Shown in pieces: positions 17,664 through 23,181 of a stretch of DNA of 23,181 nucleotides. How positions within the stretch are numbered: position 1 is the first letter of the stretch; every line of letters begins with the position of its first letter. The DNA is from Polyangiaceae bacterium (GTDB lineage: Bacteria > Myxococcota_A > Polyangia > Polyangiales > Polyangiaceae). The stretch covers positions 1-23,181 of the forward strand of contig JBGANF010000123.1 in NCBI GenBank assembly GCA_044222475.1, written 5' to 3'. Below the pieces are notes generated by a model. The model saw only the letters and a program-made list of their open reading frames with translations. It had not been told where the DNA came from and searched no databases. The position numbers and the translations under genes were made by a program.

Positions 17664-17709
17664 CCGAGCGCATACGGACGGCGCTCGCGAAAGATCCTCC
17701 GAACGAGGA

Positions 17710-19803
17710 TCAGAGCGTCTTCAGGTAGGCGACCAGGGCTCGCTTGTCCTCGGGCGAGAGGGACTTCGTCGAGCCCATCGTCCCGTCCGTCTTGTTGAGG
17801 AGGTCGTCCAGGGTCGCGTAACGACCGTCGTGGAAGTAGGGCCCGGACCCGGCGACTCCGTTCAAGGAGGGGACGAGGAACGCCCCGGTCGTGTCGGTCG
17901 AGGTCGCACTCTTCACGTCGTGCACGTCGTGATCGGAGAAGCCGGTCTTCTCGCCGTGGCAACTGGAGCACCCCGTGTCGGACGAGGCGAAGAGGTCGCG
18001 TCCTCGCGACTCCTCGGCGGTCAATGCGCGCCACTTCTGCGGGGCCCCCTTCATCACGTTCAGGTAGGCGGCCAACGAGTCCAGCTGGGCCGGGGTCAGG
18101 CCCGTGCCCTTCAGGTTCTGCATCGTCTGCGTCATGTGGATCTGGAGCGTCGCGTGCTTGCCCATCCACCCGAACGGCGCGGGTCGGTTGATGCGACCGG
18201 CGAGCTGGATCGTCTGGCGCGGACCGTTCGGCGTCGACCACGTGAGACCGTCGTCTCGGCCGTCGGGGTGGCACGAGCTGCACGACCGGCCGTCGGCCGA
18301 GATGCGCGGGTCCCCCGCGTCGTGGAAGAGCTTGCGACCCTCCTGCTGCACCGCGCTGAGCGTCGTCTTGCCGGCGAGGTGGATGTCGTCTCGGGTCGGC
18401 GTGCCGCTCTCGCTCGGCACGAACGAGCTCAGCGTTCGGTCGAAGCTCGAGAGTACGTAGACGCGCGAGCTCTCCGGATCGATCGCGAGGCCGCTCGGGC
18501 TCGGCACGGAGACCTTCATCTTCGGCGTCGCGGCGACGGTGTCGCCGGTCACCGCGAACGCCTGCACGGCGTCGCTCCCGAGGCAGGCGGTGAACACCGT
18601 CGACTGCGCCTTGTCGATGACCGCCGCGCGCGGAAGCTGGCACGTGTCCTTGTTGGTGAACGCCGGCGCGAACGCCATCGTCTTGCGCTCGCCGGAGTCC
18701 GCGTCCAGCACCGACAGCGTGAACTGGTTCGTCGGGAGCGAAAGGCTCCCCTCGATCCCGCCGCCGCCGTAGCCGGTGGAGATTTGGCGCGGATCACCCG
18801 TCATCACCTGCGCGTGCGGGAGCACGAGCCGGTGGCCGAGGACCTTGCCTTTCGCGTCGTGCGCCTCGAACTCGACGAGCGCGAAGCCCTGACGCGCGAA
18901 GCGAGCAGGCATCTCGACGAACGACCCGCCGCGGCCTCCGCGGGGAGCGAGCTGCTGGTCGAGCGGCAAATGGGGCGGGGGTCGAAGGGGACCGGCGCCG
19001 CCGCCCTTCGCGTTCGGGGGGACGACGTCGTCGGGGACGGGGATCAGCGCTTCGAACATCAGGTCGGGCGGCTCGATGAACCGTCGGCCGCCGCCGAGCA
19101 TCCCCATGCTCGGCGTCGCCGCGATGCCGAGGTCGATCGCCTTCTTCGATTTACCGAGCAGGTCGATCGTCTCGATGACGCCGGCCGCGCCGTGGGCGAC
19201 GAAGGCGTGTGTACCATCTTGGGACACGAGCACTGCGCGCGGCTCGCGATCGACGTCGAACGAGACGACCTTCTTCTTCGTCGCGAGGTCGTAGCCTTCG
19301 AGCGTGTGCGACCAGCCGCACGCAACGTAGACGGAGCGGTCGTTGGGCGACAACGCGAGCGCGACCGGCTCGGTCGAGGTCGTGATGCGCTCGAGGATCT
19401 TGAGCGAGCCGTTCTTGTGGGCCTCGACGATCGCCACGGCACCCTCGTCGCGGAGGGCGACGAGGAGCTTGCCCTCCTTCGTGAGCACCATCGCGCCCGG
19501 GCGGCCCGGGATCGAGAGCGAGCCCATCTCTTCCTTCGCGGCGACGTCGATCACGCGGATCGCGCTGCCGTCGTCGTCGGCGACGATCGCGACCTTCACG
19601 CCACCGAGCCGCGCGAGGACGACCGACGAGCCCTGGCGGGTCTCGCTCAGTCGATCGAGGGGCAGGGGCGGAGACGAGGGGGCGGCGGCGACGGTGGCGG
19701 AGGGGGTGGCGGACGCGACGGGCGTCGGGGCCGAGTCCTTCTTGCAGGCGGCCAGGGCGGCGAGGGCCAGGCCGGCGAGGACGATGGAAGAACGGAAGCG
19801 CAT
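17710..19803 (-). CDS. Lipoprotein with beta-propeller and di-haem cytochrome c domain, paralogue B
   Basis: Start MRFRSSIVLAGLALAALAAC at 19803 (ORF-track extension to 20088 rejected); CSSCH twice; PYFHDG; colinear with paralogue A. Confidence 0.88.
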   Translation of the reverse strand: MRFRSSIVLAGLALAALAACKKDSAPTPVASATPSATVAAAPSSPPLPLDRLSETRQGSSVVLARLGGVKVAIVADDDGSAIRVIDVAAKEEMGSLSIPGRPGAMVLTKEGKLLVALRDEGAVAIVEAHKNGSLKILERITTSTEPVALALSPNDRSVYVACGWSHTLEGYDLATKKKVVSFDVDREPRAVLVSQDGTHAFVAHGAAGVIETIDLLGKSKKAIDLGIAATPSMGMLGGGRRFIEPPDLMFEALIPVPDDVVPPNAKGGGAGPLRPPPHLPLDQQLAPRGGRGGSFVEMPARFARQGFALVEFEAHDAKGKVLGHRLVLPHAQVMTGDPRQISTGYGGGGIEGSLSLPTNQFTLSVLDADSGERKTMAFAPAFTNKDTCQLPRAAVIDKAQSTVFTACLGSDAVQAFAVTGDTVAATPKMKVSVPSPSGLAIDPESSRVYVLSSFDRTLSSFVPSESGTPTRDDIHLAGKTTLSAVQQEGRKLFHDAGDPRISADGRSCSSCHPDGRDDGLTWSTPNGPRQTIQLAGRINRPAPFGWMGKHATLQIHMTQTMQNLKGTGLTPAQLDSLAAYLNVMKGAPQKWRALTAEESRGRDLFASSDTGCSSCHGEKTGFSDHDVHDVKSATSTDTTGAFLVPSLNGVAGSGPYFHDGRYATLDDLLNKTDGTMGSTKSLSPEDKRALVAYLKTL

Positions 19804-19906
19804 CCCTTGGATACGGGCGTGCGGCCCGGAGGGTCTACGTCGGACCGGCGGAGATGACCCGAGGAATTCCCTAGGTCTTCCCGGTGGTTGAGCTGGGGTC
19901 GCCGGG

Positions 19907-19920
19907 ATTGTTAGCCGGCT
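19907..19920 (-). repeat. Motif A copy 5
   Basis: + strand reads ATTGTTAGCCGGCT, in the spacer upstream of paralogue B. Confidence 0.85.
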
Positions 19921-19939
19921 TGCGCTTTCGGCGAGGGGC

Positions 19940-21433
19940 CTACCGGCGGCGGCGGCGGGCCGCCGCCACCAGCGCCAGGGCGGTCGCGATGCCGGCCAGC
20001 CCGGCGAGGTTCGAGCCTCCTGCCGGCCGTCCGACGGCGCAGCCGCCCCCACCACCGTTGCCCCCGTTGGGGGGCGTGGTCCCGCCATCCGGGTCGACGC
20101 CGCCGTCGGCTCCGGTGGCCGTCTCGAACTCGGCCTCGACCCCGTGGTCCTGGCTCATGACGACGTTGGCTGGCGACGTCGCGGCGACGCCGTCGACCGT
20201 CATCGCCTTGAGCTGGTAGCCGGCGCTCGGCTGCGCGGTGACGGTGACCTTTGTACCAGGTTGGTACCGCGTCTGTCCGCTCGCGAGCGGCGGCGTCGCG
20301 ACGAGCGTGCCGCCCGGGCCGGTCGTGTGGAGCAAGAGCGAGTACTCCGCCGGCTTCGCGACGAGCGGCAGCGTCTTGAAGTACGCCCACTGCGGCGCTT
20401 GGGCGTTCGTCTGCGCGTCGGCGACGTCACGCCCGCAGCCGTTCGCGACCGTCAGCGACTGAAGGAAGCCGCGCCACTTGTAGCTCGTGTCGGCCTCGAG
20501 GCCGTTCCACGTGTAGCGGTACGTCACCGACGAGTTCGCCGGGCACGGTTGGGTGCAGCATCCGGCGGTGCAGACCGCACCGCCGAAGCTCGCGGTGTCG
20601 GGCTTCCCGTCGACGCGAAACAGGTCGCCTTGAAGGTTTCCGGTTGCGATGCAGTCGACGTTGTTGACGGTGAAGTCGGTCGTCGCCGACGTCTTGCCCG
20701 GGATCGCGCTGTTGTCCGCGTACGACACGTACGGCGATCGCGGCGCGCCGTTCTGGGTGACGAACACGCCCTGCCACGGCCCCGACGACGGCGGGTTCGG
20801 GTTGTCCCACGGCGGGTTTCCGCCGCCCGGGTTGTTGTCGATGATGCTCACCGCGGCGACCGCGTAGTCGTTGCTCGCGATGCCGCTGAGCGGCACGCTG
20901 CTCGTGACCGGTACCTCGATGTAGATGATGTTCCCGTTGGGGAGCGCCCAGTACGGCTGGTTGTTGGGCGGGTCGAAGCGGTAGAAGCCTTGCCCGTTCG
21001 GGTACACGCCCGGTTGCGGCGCCGCCGGGCACGCGAGGGGCTGACGCGGCGGTTGGTTCGGCCGATCCACGAAGCAACGGATCGGCGTCTGCGTCGTGAT
21101 CGCGAACGTGGTGCCCTTGGGCAGCTTGAGCTCGGGGTGGACCCAGACGCCGCTGCAACCGAGCCCGCCCATGACGACGCGCACGTAGTAGGTCTCACCC
21201 GTCTTCGGCAGGCGCGAGACGTTGCCCGCGGTCACGTCTTGGAATCCGACCCACGTCCAGAGCAGGTCCTCGTTCGTCGTCGTGATGAAGTTGTTGCAGA
21301 CGTGCTGCACGCGGCTCGGCGGTCCGTCGTACCAGTTGGCCGCCTCGGCGGTTCGACTGGCGGCGAAAGCGAGCGCGAAGGGAACGGCGAAGGCGGCGAG
21401 CGAGGCGAGAGCCCGAAGCGACGGTTTGGCCAT
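19940..21433 (-). CDS. Secreted surface protein with MYXO-CTERM sorting signal and an InlB-B-like/bacterial repeat domain
   Basis: Sec signal (..AEA); Cys pairs; YQPGTKVTVTAQPSAGY..VEAEF domain; C-terminal GGGGCAVG, hydrophobic helix, RRRRR. Confidence 0.85.
   Translation of the reverse strand: MAKPSLRALASLAAFAVPFALAFAASRTAEAANWYDGPPSRVQHVCNNFITTTNEDLLWTWVGFQDVTAGNVSRLPKTGETYYVRVVMGGLGCSGVWVHPELKLPKGTTFAITTQTPIRCFVDRPNQPPRQPLACPAAPQPGVYPNGQGFYRFDPPNNQPYWALPNGNIIYIEVPVTSSVPLSGIASNDYAVAAVSIIDNNPGGGNPPWDNPNPPSSGPWQGVFVTQNGAPRSPYVSYADNSAIPGKTSATTDFTVNNVDCIATGNLQGDLFRVDGKPDTASFGGAVCTAGCCTQPCPANSSVTYRYTWNGLEADTSYKWRGFLQSLTVANGCGRDVADAQTNAQAPQWAYFKTLPLVAKPAEYSLLLHTTGPGGTLVATPPLASGQTRYQPGTKVTVTAQPSAGYQLKAMTVDGVAATSPANVVMSQDHGVEAEFETATGADGGVDPDGGTTPPNGGNGGGGGCAVGRPAGGSNLAGLAGIATALALVAAARRRRR
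20253..20267. repeat. Palindrome B inside CDS (GTACCAGGTTGGTAC)
   Basis: 14 nt identical to the intergenic copy at 15478-15491; encoded by TAC CAA CCT GGT ACA. Confidence 0.6.
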
Positions 21434-21528
21434 GGGTTCAACATCCGCGCTCGCCCGCAGAAGGGCAAGGGGATGGCCGATTTCGTCACGACGAGCTTTT
21501 GGGCGCGACTTGAGTATCCTGCCGCCGA

Positions 21529-22191
21529 ATGCCTCGCGATCTCGTGATCAAGCTCGTCCGGCACGGGCAGTCGCTGGCGAACGTCGACGCGTTCGATCCG
21601 CAGAAGCACGGCGACTTCCGGACGCCGCTCTCACCGCTCGGCATCATCCAGGCTCGCGAAGCCGGCAAGGCGGTCGGCGCGGACTTCGTCCGCGGCGCCC
21701 TCGTCTACACGTCGCCCTACCATCGGACGCAGCAGACGCTGAGCGCCCTGCTCGATGGCGCGCAGGTCGACCGAGCCGCCGCCGCGGGTGTGTACGAAGA
21801 CCCTCGGCTACGCGAGCAGGATCACGGCTACGCCGACGTGAAGGGGCAGGAGCCGCTCCGCGAGACGCACGGCTGGTTCTACTACCGCTACGAAGGCGGC
21901 GAGAGCCCGGCCGATTGCTACGACCGCGTCTCGGGCTTCCTCGAGAGCATGATGCGGCAGGTCGAGCGTCGGAACGCGGAGCGCGTCCTGATCGTCACGC
22001 ACGGGATGGCGATTCGGTGCTTCGTGATGCGATTCCTCCACCTCTCGGTCGAGGAGTTCGAGCTCATCGAGAACCCGAGGAACGGCGACATCGTCACGAT
22101 CGCACCGCGCGCTGCGCTGAACGAGTTCTACGCCGAGAGCGAGACGTGGCGGGTGCACGGCCTCACCGGCCGAGCGCCGTCGAACCGCTGA
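21529..22191 (+). CDS. Histidine phosphatase (phosphoglycerate mutase family)
   Basis: LVRHGQS, TSPYHRTQQT, LREQ, GGES, IVTHG. Confidence 0.93.
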   Translation: MPRDLVIKLVRHGQSLANVDAFDPQKHGDFRTPLSPLGIIQAREAGKAVGADFVRGALVYTSPYHRTQQTLSALLDGAQVDRAAAAGVYEDPRLREQDHGYADVKGQEPLRETHGWFYYRYEGGESPADCYDRVSGFLESMMRQVERRNAERVLIVTHGMAIRCFVMRFLHLSVEEFELIENPRNGDIVTIAPRAALNEFYAESETWRVHGLTGRAPSNR

Positions 22192-22194
22192 CGG

Positions 22195-23124
22195 TCACTG
22201 CGTGCAGCAGACGGTCACGAGATCCGCCGGCACGACCGCGCCGGTCGGCGCCGGCGCCGTCTTCACCGAGCACGCGTTCGCCGACGGGATGATGGTGAAC
22301 GAGGAGTCCGGGCCGACCGTGATCGAGGCGGACGTACAGCCGCTCGTCGGCACCAGGAGGAGGCCGCCATCGACGGCGCCGCACGGCGACGAGCTCACGA
22401 TCACGCTCGGCAGCGGCGCGCAGGCGCTGGCGTCGAACGCGCAGCTGCACGCGCTGCAACCGCGGCCGTCGTCGAGCCGTCGCGACAGCAGACGCTTCGC
22501 GGGGTAGCTCGAGGGACAGGCTTGATCGCCGGTGCGCGCGACGCAGGGGATCGCGCCCCTCGGCAAGCAGAGCTCGTCGCTCGAGCAGCTGCTGTGGAGG
22601 AACGTTCCGGTGCACAGGTGCATCGCCTCCGGCGCGAGTGGCGGTCGCGTCGGAACCGCCGTGCCGATGCAGCCGGCGTCGCTGGTGGCGGCGCCGGCTT
22701 CGAAGCGCACCGAGAACACGCCGGACCCCGTCGCCGCCGGCGCCACGCAGCCGCTCGCGAACGGCACGTTCGACAGCGAGCCGCCGGTGCAGCCTGGTCC
22801 CTGGAACGCCGTCGCCGACCACACGCACGAACCGGGGGCGAGCGCGCAGTCGCAGCGGCAGCTCGCAGGCCCGGCGTCCGGATCCACGAGCAACGTGCCG
22901 AGCGTCGTGTTCGCGAACGGCGCGATGCAGCCAGCATCGATCGCGCCTCCCGCGTGGCGGGCGGCCCCCACCCAGCGGGGCGGCCCGCCCGCACGACACG
23001 TCCCATCACTGCCGCATCCGTTCGAGAGCGGATCCAGGTCGACCGCCAGCGAGCACGCCACCACCGCGACCGCGGGCAACGCGAGGACCAGCACGATTCC
23101 AAGGAGGCGCCTGCGTCCGTTCAT
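22195..23124 (-). CDS. Cys-rich lipoprotein of unknown function
   Basis: MNGRRRLLGIVLVLALPAVAVVAC lipobox; internally duplicated Cys pattern (CRCDC..C / CSACSC..C); ends TVCCTQ. Confidence 0.78.
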   Translation of the reverse strand: MNGRRRLLGIVLVLALPAVAVVACSLAVDLDPLSNGCGSDGTCRAGGPPRWVGAARHAGGAIDAGCIAPFANTTLGTLLVDPDAGPASCRCDCALAPGSCVWSATAFQGPGCTGGSLSNVPFASGCVAPAATGSGVFSVRFEAGAATSDAGCIGTAVPTRPPLAPEAMHLCTGTFLHSSCSSDELCLPRGAIPCVARTGDQACPSSYPAKRLLSRRLDDGRGCSACSCAFDASACAPLPSVIVSSSPCGAVDGGLLLVPTSGCTSASITVGPDSSFTIIPSANACSVKTAPAPTGAVVPADLVTVCCTQ

Positions 23125-23181
23125 CGGGCCCCATTCGGTGCTTGACGCCGAGACGTTTCGCGTCCAAGTATTTCGCACACG

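Noticed and set aside
20..23145. Long alternative ORFs such as 1436-2959(-), 4218-5522(-), 10256-11689(+), 12389-13819(+), 15486-17798(+) and 17248-19857(+)
   Set aside because: Shadow ORFs of high-GC genes: Arg/Ala-rich, without motifs and overlapping well-supported CDSs.
1..23181. tRNA, rRNA, riboswitch or IS transposase
   Set aside because: None recognisable by eye; ribD has no leader that could hold an FMN riboswitch because it overlaps nrdR. A covariance-model scan was not possible.

Overview
High-GC chromosomal window, most likely from a myxobacterium of the Polyangiales (inferred from a MYXO-CTERM protein, many Cys-rich lipoproteins and an FHA-TadA fusion). The core is a minus-strand housekeeping cluster, yceD-rpmF-fabH-fabD-fabG-acpP-fabF-nrdR-ribD-def. 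It lacks plsX and is interrupted twice by envelope genes: a beta-barrel plus lipoprotein pair, and an antisense pair of LamG lipoproteins, one of them doubly frameshifted. To the left are a partial GT-C-like membrane protein, a 60-aa small protein and an FHA/Pro-rich/TadA(CpaF) fusion whose ATPase motifs are all degenerate. To the right are a stand-alone GspE/PilB N-terminal-domain gene between 23-bp direct repeats, a DUF559 nuclease gene behind a highly structured ~300-bp spacer, two tandem beta-propeller/di-haem cytochrome c lipoproteins, a MYXO-CTERM surface protein, a histidine phosphatase and a Cys-rich lipoprotein. The genes do not explain two recurring DNA motifs: GCCGGCTAACAAT (5 copies, all intergenic or at a gene end) and the palindrome GTMCCA-N3-TGGKAC (5 copies, 3 inside CDSs using atypical codons). 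Several accessory genes appear to be leaderless. All calls come from reading the sequence by eye; no searches were run.
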